This document shows positions 25,851 through 38,960 of a DNA stretch of 64,000 nucleotides, in pieces. Origin of the DNA: Vicugna vicugna (taxonomy: Eukaryota); assembly GCA_013265495.1 (NCBI GenBank), contig MU058198.1, positions 7,641,779-7,705,778 on the forward strand, in the 5' to 3' direction. Made by a program: the position numbers and the translations under genes. The notes beneath the pieces were generated by a model. It was not told the DNA's origin and ran no database searches. It saw nothing but the letters and a program-made list of their open reading frames with translations. Every line of letters begins with the position of its first letter. The stretch's first letter is position 1.

Positions 25851-28800
25851 GCAGCAGGGTTGGGGACGGGCGGATGGGGTGGGGTCTGGCTGGAATGCAG
25901 GACTCCTGGTGTTCGGGGCAGGGAGGGGTAGCTGTGGGCTAGCAAGGAAAGACCCGGAAGCCCGTGAGTTCTGCGGGGCGAGAGCGACAGCAAGGAAGTG
26001 ATGCCAGTGACCCCGACCCTGGCAGGGGGATGACAGCTCGGACGATGAGGACAAGGAGCGCGTCGCGCTGGTGGTACACCCGGGCACGGCACGACTGGGG
26101 AGCCCAGACGATGAGTTCTTCCAGAAGGTAAGAGGCTGAGGTCTCGGCCTGGATTCACGAGGGGCCTGGAGGACTCAAGAAGCAGTGCGGCCTGGAGTAC
26201 CCCCATATCTCCTTCTGCCCTTTCGGTCATTACCCCCAGGTCCGGACAATTCGGCAGACTATTGTCAAGCTGGAGAATAAAGTCCGAGAGTTGGAGAAGC
26301 AGCAGGTCACCATCCTGGCCACGCCCCTTCCCGAGGAGAGTGAGTGGAAACCCGGTGCAGAACGCATGCTTAGCCAGAGGGATTGTGGGGATTGTAGTTG
26401 CACGCAGATGGTGGCCAGGGAGATTTGTTGAGGTACAGGCTGCTGTTTGGGAAACTTGGCTTTCTCTTGTTCAGGCATGAAGCAGGACCTGCAGAACCTG
26501 CGCGACGAGATCAAACAGCTGGGGAGAGACATTCGCGCGCAGCTAAAGGGTAAGCTCTTAGGACCTCAGTTACTTTCCTCTGGTCCTGCCCAGCTCCTGG
26601 TATATCTGGGAAGTGTGTGGCCCAGAGAGGCCAGTGATATATATCCAGGTCACACAATAGGCCTACATCTAGAATCTGCGTCTTCTGGTTTCCGGTCCTA
26701 GTTTCTTTCCACGTATGCCTGCCTCTCAGGCTCCCCTATTTATAGTGAAACCATTTACATTTGACCCTTGACCAAGGTGGAGGTTAGAGTTGCCAACTCC
26801 CCTGCCCTAGTCATGATCTGCATATAACTGTATAGTCCGTGCTCCAAGTCCCAGGTTCTGTGTGGATAGTTTCAACCAGCCATGCATTATGTAGTACTGA
26901 GTATGCATTTATTTTTTTAAAATCCAGGTATAAGTGGACCCATGCAGTTCAAACCCATGTTGTGCAAGGATCAGCTGTACTCCTACAATTCTTGCTGCCC
27001 AGTGTGCATTCTTTGGGTAGGCAGATGGAGGTTTTGTTAGGAGGCCTCTGCATACTTGTGGGAATTCTCTGATGTATTTGTTGCAAAGAAAAATATACTT
27101 TCTCCTTTCAGAGGCTCAGAATTAGTCATTTTATGATAAATTATACTTCCAAAAAATCCTATGGAGATAAGAAATTCTCTGTTGTATGGCTAGGTGGCTG
27201 GGGTATGAATGTGGCCCTGTGTGTTAGTCCCCAGATGAATTTCAGAAGCCACAGGTCTAACCCTTTCCTCCACCAATACCCTTGTGTCTTCCCACAGCCA
27301 TAGAGCCCCAGAAGGAGGAAGCTGATGAGAATTATAACTCAGTCAACACAAGAATGAGAAAAACCCAGGTGGGTTTGTCATTCCCAGAACCAGAACATTT
27401 CAGCAAGTGTTTTATAGATCATTAGATGGCAGACGTAAGAATGAAGGCCCTTAGAGATCAAGTCCAACCTGATTTTTCAAATGGGGAAACTGAGGCTCAG
27501 AGAGAAAAAGGACTCACCCAAGGTCAAGAAACCAGGTCTCCTGACTTCCAATCCATGATAACACCCTGCCTTCTCCTCCATTCAGTGAGACATTGCTGAG
27601 TCTCCTGACATGATCTGGGCTTGGCTGTAGGTGATACACATTCTAGAAGCCAAGATGGGGAGTTAAACTTGAACAGATGACAAAGACATTACTCAGGTAG
27701 TACTTGGTAGCTAATGGCTCTGCCCAGGGAAGAAGAGGGAGCCGTCAAATGACTGGGAGTTTCCCTGCCCATGTGACAGGGATATCCTCTGCCCCAGGGG
27801 CAGAATTCAAGAAGTCAGGAAGAGGAACTTCCCTGGTGGGGGAGGTCACTGAATCAACATCTTAGTAAGAAGATTTGAGATGCCTCCTTCGGGTACTCAG
27901 TGAGGAGGAGTGGTTTGGAGTTCTTGGAGATGAGAGTTGGAGTAGGTAGGCTCAGAGCTCAGCAAAGACCCCAGATTGAAGATGGAGCATTTTGGGCAAC
28001 TGAAAGAGTGCAGCGGAAGCCAGGAGAGCAGATGTGTCTCTGAGGAAGGAACTCCAAGTAATGAGCATGTTTTAGACACCAGGGGAATGGACAAGTCGTG
28101 AGTGTGTTTCAGGAGCTTGTGATGGTCATTGGTGTGAGAGGCCGAGGACCCAGGTAGACCTGTAAAATCTGGGCAATCGGCTGACCTCCAAGCATACTGG
28201 CACACCTCTGTCTAAGCAGTGAGGCTGGTGTTCAGCAAGCATTCAACAAATATTTATTGAGGACCAACTGTGTGTCAGACCCTTTTCTAGATGTTTGGGA
28301 TACAACCATGAACCAAAGATCCGTATCCCCATGGAGCTTACATTCCAGTGGGGAGAGACAATCACCATAATAAATAAGTAAGTTACTTTAGAACATAGTA
28401 TTCATTAAGGGAAAAGAGCAGAAGAGCAATTGAGAACACCAGGCGATGGCAGGTTGCAGTTTCAATAAGGTGGGGAAAACTTCATTCAGAAGGTGACATC
28501 ACAACAAAGACTTAAAGGCCTTTGTGGGGCTTGAGCCTTCAAGGCTGAGGGAGCGGTGAGTGCAGAGGCCTGAGGTGGGGTGTGCTTTGTTCAGAAAAGA
28601 GTAAGGAGCCCACTCTGTAGGGAAGAAGTGAGTGGGAAGAGGTAAGATCAGAGGGAAAGTGGGGAGGATGGGTCCTGTAGGGCCTTGTAGGCCCTGGTAG
28701 GGGCCTCAGCTTTTACTTTGAGAGACTGGGGGAGCTTTTCAAGGTGGTTAAGGCAGCAGGCACCTACAGCAGCTTATGCTCTGTGCTCACTGTACCCATG

Positions 28801-30704
28801 GGGATGCTGAGGCCCAGACCGGGCAGGGACCCTCCCAGGGTTGCCCAGCCTCTATTCTCCATCCTTAGCACGGGGTCCTGTCCCAGCAATTCGTGGAGCT
28901 CATCAACAAGTGCAACTCAATGCAGTCCGAATACCGGGAGAAGAATGTGGAGCGGATTCGGAGGCAGCTGAAGATCAGTGAGTCATGGCACCCGGCCCAC
29001 AGGGTCAGGTGATCTGACCCAGCTCTGAACCTGGCCTTTTCCTTCACAGCAAATGCTGGAATGGTGTCGGATGAAGAGCTGGAGCAGATGCTGGACAGCG
29101 GGCAGAGTGAGGTGTTTGTGTCCAATGTGAGTAGCCGCATCCAGCCTCCCTCTGCCGGGCCTCCTATCCTCTGAGTCCTGGCCCCTTTTTGATGGAGGGT
29201 ATCCTGAGGCCCATCAGGGAGCGAATTAGCATGCCTGGACTCACTCTTCAGGGCCCTGGCCCAGTTCTAGGTCTGAGGGCTGCCCTGAAGCTCAACAGGA
29301 ACTTCTGAACCTGCTGCTGGTTTCCCTGTGACCTGTTCCTCCATTCCTGTCCACTCTCCAGATACTGAAGGACACGCAGGTGACTCGACAGGCCCTCAAT
29401 GAGATCTCGGCCCGGCACAGTGAGATCCAGCAGCTTGAACGCAGTATCCGTGAACTTCATGAGATTTTCACTTTTCTGGCTACTGAGGTGGAGATGCAGG
29501 TGGGCACTACAAGCAGCTGGCCAGGCTTGATCCGGCCCCTCGATGTGAGACTATGTGCAGTCAGAACCCCAGTCGTGGCTGTCAGCCCACTTCCACCCTC
29601 TCTGAGTCTTTCATCCCCCTCCAGACAGGGCCATGCCTCCAGGTCGGCCCTTACTTCCATCCTTAGCTGTGCCCCCAACTGCATCCTCTTCAGCAGCTGC
29701 CCAGATGGCTGCTCCTCTATACGTTGCACCCCACCTCCCCAACTTGAGCCCACCCCAGGAATGACCCAAACCCTGGCTCCTCCTCCACAAACAGAATCTA
29801 CTCTTATACCTCGAAGAGCTCCAGAGTTGCCCCCAGAGGGCCTGCCTCCTGAATTCTGCAGAAAGTTGGGGTGGGAGGTGGTGTTCCTCCCCTGGCCCTG
29901 GTTGTATAAGGGGAGCTTCTAGCCCTGTTCTGGAGGACTGACCCCCCAGGGCTGTAGCCAGTGCCCTGTTGCAGCTGGGAGTTGTGGGGAAGAGAGTTCT
30001 TTCAGTAGGAGTACCAGGACCTGAAGGCTGGCAGTGCCAGGAGGAGGCAGGGATAGGGAGGGCTTCACAGCAGCTGGGAGACAGGCTGAATTCAGACAGA
30101 TTCATGAGGGGATGGAAGTTCACCCTCTGTGAAAAAGTATGAGCCATTTAAGGTACTCAGCTCCCAGCCAGCACTGCAAGTAGAGGTTGTAGTGGGCAGG
30201 GGAGCAGGGCAGAGGGAGCACATGGTACAGGGGGCCTGGAAGCCACCTTCTGGAGTGTGAACTTTAGTCAGATGTAGTTCTGCCTCCATGTCTTTGTTAG
30301 TGCAGTGTTTTCTGCCAGGAATATCCGTTAGTCATTTGGGGCTGGGGTGGGCAGACAGAGTTGCTGCTGGGCCCACCACCCCCATCATTCCTACCCGCCT
30401 GAACCACCCCCTTTTCTGAGTAGGGGGAGATGATCAACCGAATTGAGAAGAACATTCTGAGCTCAGCAGACTATGTGGAACGTGGGCAGGAACATGTCAA
30501 GGTGGCCCTGGAGAACCAGAAGAAGGCGAGGAAGGTGAGCCTCCCCCACCCATCCCCAGCCCTGGGTGGCCCACCCTCCCTCCTCTCCTGAGTTTCCCTG
30601 ACCCACCCCCTCCTCTCCCACAGAAGAAAATCTTTATTGCCATCTGTTTGTCCGTCACTGTCCTCATTCTGGTGGTCATCATTAGCGTCTCCACGTTGGT
30701 TTGA
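25808..30704 (+). CDS. STX4: Syntaxin-4 (plasma-membrane Qa-SNARE), complete 10-exon CDS, 297 aa
   Basis: Coding exons 25808-25837, 26026-26127, 26240-26339, 26475-26549, 27298-27368, 28869-28977, 29050-29126, 29362-29499, 30424-30534, 30624-30704 (894 nt), all GT-AG. MRDRTRELRQGDDSSDDEDKERVALVVHPGTARLGSPDDEFFQK...[49 protein letters not shown]...KKIFIAICLSVTVLILVVIISVSTLV*. Confidence 0.98.
26758..26977. mobile_element. TcMar-Tigger-type MITE in STX4 intron 4
   Basis: TA-flanked imperfect TIRs CATTTGACCCTTGACCAA / TTGTGCAAGGATCAGCTG; internal TATAAGTGGACCCATGCAGTTCAAACCC. Confidence 0.7.
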
Positions 30705-31046
30705 TAGCATCGCATATTCTAGGTGAGATATTGTGGGCCTGCCCCCTGGCTTGCCCTGTCCCTGACCCCAGCCTTTCCTCCCCCCTCAGACCGTCTTCTC
30801 CCTCCTTCCCTTACAGGCACTGACAGCACCAGGGACCCAGGGTCTGCCTTCTCTCCAAGCAGCTGGGGGTGGGCAGGACAGAGCCTCCAGCCAGACCCCT
30901 CCCTCACACTGGCCCTGGGCAGAAGGGCAGACGGTTCTTCTGGGGTTGGCAGCCACCCATCCATGAGGGCTTCCCCCATCAGGCCACAATGCCTGGGGAC
31001 GGGCCTGCAGTGTCCTGTTTGGCTGGGACATGTGGTTTTGTAAGAA

Positions 31047-31052
31047 ATTAAA
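31047..31052 (+). terminator. STX4: Probable STX4 poly(A) signal (ATTAAA)
   Basis: ATTAAA about 340 nt past the stop codon, followed by a T/GT-rich downstream stretch (TTTGCATTTGTGTT). Confidence 0.6.
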
Positions 31053-31749
31053 AAACAAAAAGAACTTGGAGATTCCCCTTTGCATTTGTGTTCCTGAAAA
31101 GGCCGGTCCAGGGTCTCCAGGTATCCAGCATCCCCACCTCCTGGCCACCCTTAGGGACAGGCCCTGTCCAGGCAGGCTCAGATCAGACTGTCCTAGGTGC
31201 TGTGACCACGCCAGGCTGGCACTGCCCTACTACCCTCCCATAAAACCGGTGGGGCCAAGAGGGGGTATTGTCCACATCTGGCTCCATACTGTCCCTGGGG
31301 AAAGAGCAGTGAGGCTGGGCCAGGCCAGGCTAGGGCACAGGTGAGATGTGTGTGTGTGGGGGGGGGCATCCATGGGCACTTCTGAGGCCAAGAAGAAGAG
31401 GCACTGTGAAAAAGTAATTGAGGCTGTTACTTTGGATACAGTAGGCAAGGAAGGGCCTGTCTCAAAGGGGGTGATATTTGAGTGGAATGGCAAATGAGGA
31501 GGGGCCAATTGTGGGAAGAATCGGGGAAGAGGTGGCCAGGCAGATGGTTCAGCAGGCCAGGCCCTGTGCCCAGAAAAAGGCATTGCCTTTTACGTGAGAG
31601 TTCAGGTTAGAGAGCCAGCCACACTGCATCAGCACACCTGGTTTCTCAGGGGTTATGTGGCTGAAGAGGGTAGAGGCGGCAGAGGAGCCTGCCCCCGGTT
31701 TCTGTGACTCACCTGAGCTCCAGGCCCTGCCTGTAAACTTCTAGGAGTT

Positions 31750-32570
31750 CCAAGTCCCATGCCTAGTTTCTGGGGCTGGATGTGACGCCTGTCCCCAGAC
31801 ATCTGGTTTCAGGGGTAAGCTGGCTCCTGGCTCCGAAGCCTGGTGGGAGTGGGGCGGCACCTAACCCCGACCAAGATCTCGGGGCCAGGTTCCAGCCGCC
31901 CCGTTCCACCCCACTTTCGATCCCACAGGTCGCCGCTGCTGCTCCTGGCTGCCCAGGCCGTCTGGCCGCAGTACCGTTTGCTTCGGCCGCCGGGTGTGGG
32001 GTATACATTTGGGTGCCGGGGTGATGCGAAGAGGAAGGGTTGGACGCCTTTTCGTTGGTTCAGTCTCGGACCCGGCCCCTGGACCCGGGTTAGGGGAGGA
32101 GCTGGAGGGCGGGATTGGGCCACAGTGACGGGCGACCCCGCCTGTTTCCGCCTCCAGCAGCAGCTGGGCGCCTTCCTGCAGCGCCCCCCTGTGGCCATGG
32201 AGTGGCGGTTGCCCCGTGCCTGCGCCAGGTCCAAAGGAATGGGGCGTGACTGAGGGAGCGGCCCGGTCGCAACTTGGAAAACGATTGGCCAGGGGACCTA
32301 ACTGTTGCTCCTGAAGAGCATTGGGATTGGTTTGTAGGCCATCCTGAAGGAGTGAGCTCCTTGTATTAAACGGCAATTAGACTGATGTGGGCGGACCTCA
32401 GAGCGATTCCACAATCGCACCCAAAAGCGATTGGATCACAGAGTGCAAAGCGCTAGGATCAAAACTCCAAGAGGCGGAATGCTGCAGGCCTGCGGGAGAC
32501 TGGCAGGGGCAGGGAGTCAGGACTTCAGGCGAGAAGGCGTGGCGGGTCCCGCTCCCTCCCTAGCTGCTTG
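31750..32570. promoter_or_regulatory. Orphan CpG island with CCAAT-box cluster (no recognisable coding gene)
   Basis: CpG-dense; ATTGG at 32114, 32284, 32320, 32326 and 32430; GC boxes; CTCF-like motif at 32181-32194. Confidence 0.6.
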
Positions 32571-33619
32571 AACTTGAACTGCACAAGTCTGGGAGGGGTA
32601 CCCACGCCTTCATACTGCTTAAGATTCTGTATCCTGTGTACGGATGAAATTCTAGACGTTTTCAGGAAGGAGCCCCTAATTCTCAGCACTGTGCAGTCTG
32701 GATGTCCATCCAACGGGAAACTGCGGAGTCGGATGGATCCTGCCCCAGTGGAAGATTGATTTGGACACAGCCTCTGGAGCCCGATTCTCCATCTCTTCCC
32801 CTGCGTCCTGTTTCTTCAGAGGAATCCTGTCCTGTGGGTCCCTCTTGTCCACTCCCTCATCTTTCTGCCTTCAGAACCGAACTGCACAACCCATGGCACT
32901 TACTGGGATCTGATTGAGACTATCAGACCGACGCGGAGACTGTGCCACATCTACTTAGATGGGGGTCCACGTGTAGCGCGTGCCTTCTGCTTGGCCGTGC
33001 TGGACAGCGCCACCCCTGCAAGGCTGCTTACTTTCTCACCCAGGAAGCCGTCCAGCACCTACCGGAAGAGCCGGCCAGATGGCCAAGCGAGGGCTGGGAT
33101 GCTGGGCTCAGTACTTTGAACTTTTCCCGTGGGCTGTTTTTGAACAGGTGAGCCGGAAGTTTGGAGCAGACTTAGCAGACAAGTGGAGCCATGCACTGGA
33201 GATTTCTTAGGCTCCCTTGTGTATACTACTTCCTTGTGGGAAACCGACCTGAGTGAGGGGCAGGTTTTGCACTAAAATCCTGGCTTGGCTGCTGTCAGCC
33301 CAACTTTCAGGGAACACAGTCTGTGTTAGTTGTGGCTTTTCTAAATCCACTTCGCATCACAACCTTTCAGCTGCAGCCCTCTCCACTAATTCCCTCATCC
33401 ACTGAGTATTTCATGGTTCAGATTCCTAAGAAGAGGATCCTGATTGGTCTAGGTCGGGCTACATTGACCTACCTATGAATTGTCTACCTTGAGTCAAGAT
33501 TTACCCTTGACCAAGAGGTACGTGAGGTGTTATGTGGTACAAAATGCTGCAGCAGTGTGTATGAAGGAAGAATGGAGGATGCAGTGACTGACATTTCTGG
33601 TGCAGCCCTGTGGGAGATT

Positions 33620-35730
33620 ATATTACTGTTCCAAATATATGGTGTCCTTCCTACTGGGCCCCTCACTTTAGGAGGATTATACATCCATGCTCGTCCCACT
33701 TACAATAGGCTTGGCTATATAACATGCTTTGGCCAATGGAATGTGAGTAGAAATGAAAGTACCACTTCCAAACAGAAGCTTTAAGCACCAATGAGTAGAC
33801 TGGCAGATTCCCTTCTCTTTTCCCTCTGCTATGAACCTGGCAATTCCCAGATCAAGATTTCTTCAGCCTGGAACCCAGAATTAAGAGGACATGAAACTGA
33901 GCTGTAGCCCACTGATAAAATGATGTGTAATGGAAAGTGAGAAACTTCTCTGGCTGTGAGCCACTGATATGTGGAATTTGGTTGTTACTACATCATAATA
34001 AATCTAATTCAACTGTTACAGAATAGCACCCAGAAGTGGGGTGCTGCTATAATTTAAAATACCCCTGAATTTGGGGGCATTGACTTTGGAGCTGGACAGT
34101 GGCTTCCACTACCTTTGGAAGGTGGAAAGATGGTGATGTGTGTTACGCAGTGATGAAGCATTTGGTTAAACTGTAAGCTGGAAATAGAACTAAGAATATA
34201 AATAATGTCCAAAAGAGCTTAGAGCTTTAGGCAAAAACTTGGGGAAAGAGAATATTAGTAGCATGCCTTGGTTGCTGTTGGGTGCACTTGACAGGTTACT
34301 GTAGGAAAGAGACAACTCAGAAAATAATTGGCCAGTTTTTCAGCAGAAATGGAAGAGAATATAGAAACGCCAGGCAAGTGATCCATGTTTCTAACCAGTG
34401 ATTAAAACTCACCTTTGTGGCAAGGACCATATCAAGTGTATGGCTCTCATGACTTTTGTTAAAATGTCTGAATTGGTAAAAGTGGTTCCTAATAAATCCT
34501 TTCAGTTATACAAGATGATTCAGAAAAGAGACTAAGAGTGTAACTCTCCATTTGCCTATAACTAAGTCTAAAAAGAGAGGCATGTCTGAAAAAATTGGGG
34601 GTTTGGTGGTTGGCCCAAGGAACTGACTGGAATCAAATAGATAAATCCCCCTTCCCCACACACACAAAAAAGTCATTAGCTTGGATTTTAAAAAGACCAT
34701 GCGTGTTCAAGACTCAGGGTGAGCTTGAGGGCTTCCAAATTTCTATGGGCATGAAGGAGACCAAGAAAGCTGCCCTACTTCAGAAAGGTATAACCTCCAA
34801 ATCTTCGCAAATGTGGCCAAGGAGAATAAATAGAGAAGGATGGGCCATTCTTAGGGCAGAGCCAAGGACATGGAGAAGAATGAACTAGGGAACTAGTCCC
34901 AGGAAGAAGTCCCACTTCCAGGGAAAAGAGGGGAGCCTTCTCAACATCTGCCCAGCAGGATTTTAGAATTATTATAGACCCGTAAGTTCTGTCTCCTATT
35001 TTTCTTTCTGAATGAGAGTGTTTACTGCTATTATCCTGTCCCTGTTCCACTTCATATGGTGGATGTGGAGATGAGGGAGAGATAAACTGTGATTAATGGA
35101 TTGATCTATTTATTTATCTATCTGGTTATCTGTTTACCTATCTATTTCAGTTCATAGGTCTCTGGATCAAGAGAAGCCATATCTGGACCTGATATAGAGA
35201 CTATTAGAGGTTCTGGATTTGAGCCTGATGCCATGATTAGATGGGTCATTTCGGTTATCTACCTTGGGAAGGGGGTGAATTTATTTTGCATGTGGAAGAA
35301 ATACAAAAGGCAGTATTCGTGACAAAAAGGGCAGACTGGGAAAGATTTGACAGTTGTTCAAAAACATTCATTGGCCCTCCCTATGGGGTCCCACCATACA
35401 AAAAGATTATATATCCCCATTCCACTGGCATTAGCAGGGGGCGTGTGGCTTCCTTTAGGAACTTGAGTGGGAGTAACATGTATCACTTGCAAGAAGAAAC
35501 TTTTAAGAGCCGTCATGGGACCTGCCAACTTTCTTCTCTTTATGTCTTAAGAGTCAAAGTTCCAGACTGAGGCTATTCCTTCAGACTAGATTCTGGAATG
35601 AAGATGATGTAGAACAGAGCCACAGCTGTCCCATGGAGGACATGGAATATGGATGAGAAAAACACATTTGTTGTTGTGAGCCACTGAGATTTGGAGGTGG
35701 TTGTTACTGCAGTAAAACTTGATCCAAGCC
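33620..35730 (+). mobile_element. MaLR (MLT1-type) element: LTR, internal remnant, LTR
   Basis: Two similar LTR-like blocks (about 33620-34020 and 35330-35730) both ending ...GTGAGCCACTGA[T/G]AT...GGTTGTTACT..., flanking MLT-int-like sequence (GAAGTGGGGTGCTGCTATAA...). Boundaries approximate. Confidence 0.65.
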
Positions 35731-36062
35731 GATTGGTTAAAGCTCCCTCCATATTGCAGAGGCTCTGTATTCAGCTCTCCTTTTCTGTCACTCACCGTGA
35801 CAAGTGTTGTACCAAAATGAGCTGTGGTGTTGCTGTGAGGTCTGAGCCTTTGCCCACTGTTCAGAGAAATTTACCCTCAGATCCAGTGAGCCTTCTCGAT
35901 TCTTCCCAGTTCTTGGCAACTAGTGGTAGTTCATGCAAACTAGAAAAACATCTAGGGGGATGGGGCCCCAGACCTTCTAGCATCTTCTTGGTACCTAGTA
36001 AATGTCAGTCTCACACACGTCTTCAGACCACGATGGCACCATTGCCAAGAGAAAGTAAAACT

Positions 36063-36354
36063 AGACTCACAGACATAGTAAACAGACTTATGGTTACTGG
36101 TGAGGAAAGAAAGTGGGAGGGGATAAATTGGGAGTTTGAGATTTGCAAATACTAACAACTATATATAAAACAGATAAAAAACCAAATTTCTTCTGTATAG
36201 CACCAGGGAACTATATTTAATATATTGTAGTAACCTATAGTGAAAAAGAATATGAAAATAAATACGTTTGTCCATATATGACTGAAGCATTATACTGTAT
36301 ACCAGAAACTGACACATTGTAACTAACTATACTTCAAAAATTTTTTAAAAAGAG
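36063..36354 (+). mobile_element. LINE-1 3'-end fragment
   Basis: Typical L1 3' UTR (AGACTCACAGACATAG...TATAGCACCAGGGAACTATAT...GTAACTAACTATACTTC) with near-perfect TSD AGAGAAAG[T/C]AAAACT. Confidence 0.8.
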
Positions 36355-36954
36355 AGAGAAAGCAAAACTTGCCTTAATTGCAAGGATGTCAACCCTTCCG
36401 AGAAGCTCCAATATAATGGATAGTAAGTGGAAATTCTATATTAGTTTCTGTGTGGATACAGCTACATGAAACAAAGACTCAAACTAACCATGGTTTAAAG
36501 GAGATAGGTTATTTCTCTCTTAAATAAAAGTCCAACTTAGTATGGTGGATCTTCGCATAAAGTCATCAGTCCCCATGAATAATTTTTAAAAATCATGATT
36601 TTATCTTCTTGCTGTTCAATCCCTGGGGTACTGCCCTCAACCACATGGGGTCCAAGATGGTCCACTATCAACAGTCTGGCCCTTGTGAAGCAGGAAGGTG
36701 AAGGGATGGCTTGCCCCTTACCCTGGATTGCAGAAATTGTACAGATAATTTCTACCATAATCCTATCGTCTAGAATGTAGTCACATGGCCACATCCAGCT
36801 GAAAGGAATGCTAAGAAATACAATCTCTACTCTGGGCAGCTTCTTACCAAGATAAAAGTTCTAGGTCAACTAGGAATCTATTCCCAGGAAGCAGTCTCAC
36901 TCTGGAAGATGGAATATTGCAGCCACGTACTACAAGTGTTAGCCCAGCCCCCAA

Positions 36955-37590
36955 CTGTGTTAGTTTCCTATTACTCCTGTCTCAAATTACCACAAATTTA
37001 GTGACTTAAAACAACACCAACACACATTTATTCTTTTACAGTTCTGGAGGTCAGAAATCCAAAATTAATTTCACTGGGCTAAAGTCAAAGAGTTGGCAGG
37101 GCTGGCTCCTTCTGGAGGAACCATTTGCTTACCTTTTTCAGTTTCTAATTGATGCCTTCATTCCTTGGCTAGTGGCCCCATCCTCCATTTCAAAGTACAT
37201 CATTCCAATCTTGGCTTCCATCATCATATCACCTTCTCCTCTCACTCTGACCTTCCTGTCTCCCTCTCATAAGGACCCTTGTGATTACCTTAGGTTTATC
37301 CAAATAGTCCAGGATAATCTCGTATTTCATCATCCTTAACTTAATCACACCCACAGAATCCCTTTTGCCACATAAGGTAACAATTCTTTGGGGGGAGGGT
37401 ATAGCTCAAGTGGTAGAATGCATACTTAGCATGCACGAGGTCCTGGGTTCAATCACCAGTACCTCCATTTAAATCAATCAATCAGTAAACCTAATTACCT
37501 CCCCCCTCAAAAAAAAAAAAGGTAACATTCTCAGGTTTCAGGGATTAGGCTGTGGACAATTTAGGGGGCCACTGTTCAGCATACCACATG
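36955..37590 (-). mobile_element. MaLR LTR (MLT1-type)
   Basis: TGTGTTAGTTTCCTATT...AAATTACCACAAATTTAGTGACTTAAAACAAC...CAGTTCTGGAGGTCAGAAATCC hallmark. Confidence 0.75.
37389..37520 (+). mobile_element. tRNA-derived SINE (Vic-1-like) inserted in a MaLR LTR
   Basis: Same head plus poly(A); flanked by AAGGTAACA(A)TTCT duplication. Confidence 0.85.
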
Positions 37591-37884
37591 ACCCCAATCC
37601 ATATTTAACCAATTTATTCATAAAATATTTATTGAGCAAGACTTATGTACCAGGCATTATGGCAGGTGCTGGAGAAATAGAGGTGAAAATACAGATAAGG
37701 TCTTTTGGTTTCATGAAGTTTATATTTTAGTGCAGATAACAGGTAAGGAAAAAGCTAAGGTATTCCAAAACCATGACATGTATTATTGAAAAATTAAGCA
37801 GTGTTTTGTGACAAAAAATTTCAAGGAGTTGGAGATGGCTGTTCTAAACAGTAGTCAGGAATGGCTTCTTAGGGAAGGTGACTA

Positions 37885-38960
37885 ATCCAAAGGGCAGAAC
37901 TTGAGAGCTCAGAAGGCAGAACAGAGCCAAGGAAGATTATCTTTAGGCCTTAAGGAAATATGCTCAGCTGGATTTTGAAATTGCTTTGGATCAGTCACTC
38001 CTTCTTAATTTCCATTTCCCCCCTTTTTGAACCAGAATGTGTATAACTATTATCCTATGCATGTCCCAGCCTTGCATGTTGGAGTACTTCACTTATTTCT
38101 TTAGTTTCATAGGTCCACAGATGGAAGGAATTGTGCTCTAGGATGGATTATACCCAGAGCCTCCTATGCATCTAATCTAGATAATGAAATTTGAGGCTTT
38201 TGGTTTGATGAGATTTCTATGAGATTTTTCTTTTTAGACTCTGACTTGACGCTGTAACGAGATGAGAATTTTAGGGACCTTGGGAGGAAGTGAATATATT
38301 TTGCATGGGAGATAGACATGAATCTTTGCAGGCTAGAGGGTGAACTGTGGTAAGGAGAATAATGGCCCCCCAAAGATTCCATGCCCTAATCTCTGTGTTG
38401 CATGACAAAAAGGACTTTGCAGATGTAATTAAGTTTACTAATCAGTTGATCTTAAGATAGGGAGATTGTCTTGAATTATTCAGGTGGGCGAAATGTAATC
38501 ATATGAGCTCTTAAAAGCTGAAAAGCTTCTCCAGCTAGCTATAGAAGAGTAAGGCAGAAGAAGTCAGAGAAATTTGAAGCAGGAGGACTCAATGTGCCAT
38601 TGCTGGCTTTGAAGATGGAGAGGCTCCCAGCCAGGGAATGTAGATGGCCTCAAGAAGCTGAGAACAACCTTTGCCCAACAGCCTACAAAGAAAATGGGGA
38701 CCTCAGTCCTACAGCCAAATGGAACTGAATTCTGCTAATTACCAGGGTGATTCTGGATGTGAATTCTATGACAGAGCCTCCAGATAAGAGCTCATACAGG
38801 CTGAGACTTTGACTTCAGCCTTGTGAGACACTAAGTAGAGGGCCCAGCTGAGACACCGTAGACTTCTGATCTACAGAAGCATAAGGTGAGAAATGGGTGT
38901 TGTTTTCAAGGTGCTAAGTTTGTGGTCATTTATTATGCAGCAGCAGAAACCTGATATAGT
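37885..38960 (+). mobile_element. MaLR internal fragment plus MLT1-type LTR (LTR about 38346-38958)
   Basis: TGTGGTAAGGAGAATAATGGCCCCCCAAAGAT...TAAGTTTGTGGTCATTTATTATGCAGCAGCAGAAACCTGATA LTR hallmarks. Confidence 0.75.

Noticed and set aside
29500..29922. Read-through ORF into STX4 intron 8
   Set aside because: Ends in a premature stop upstream of further junctions (NMD target); peptide is unremarkable.
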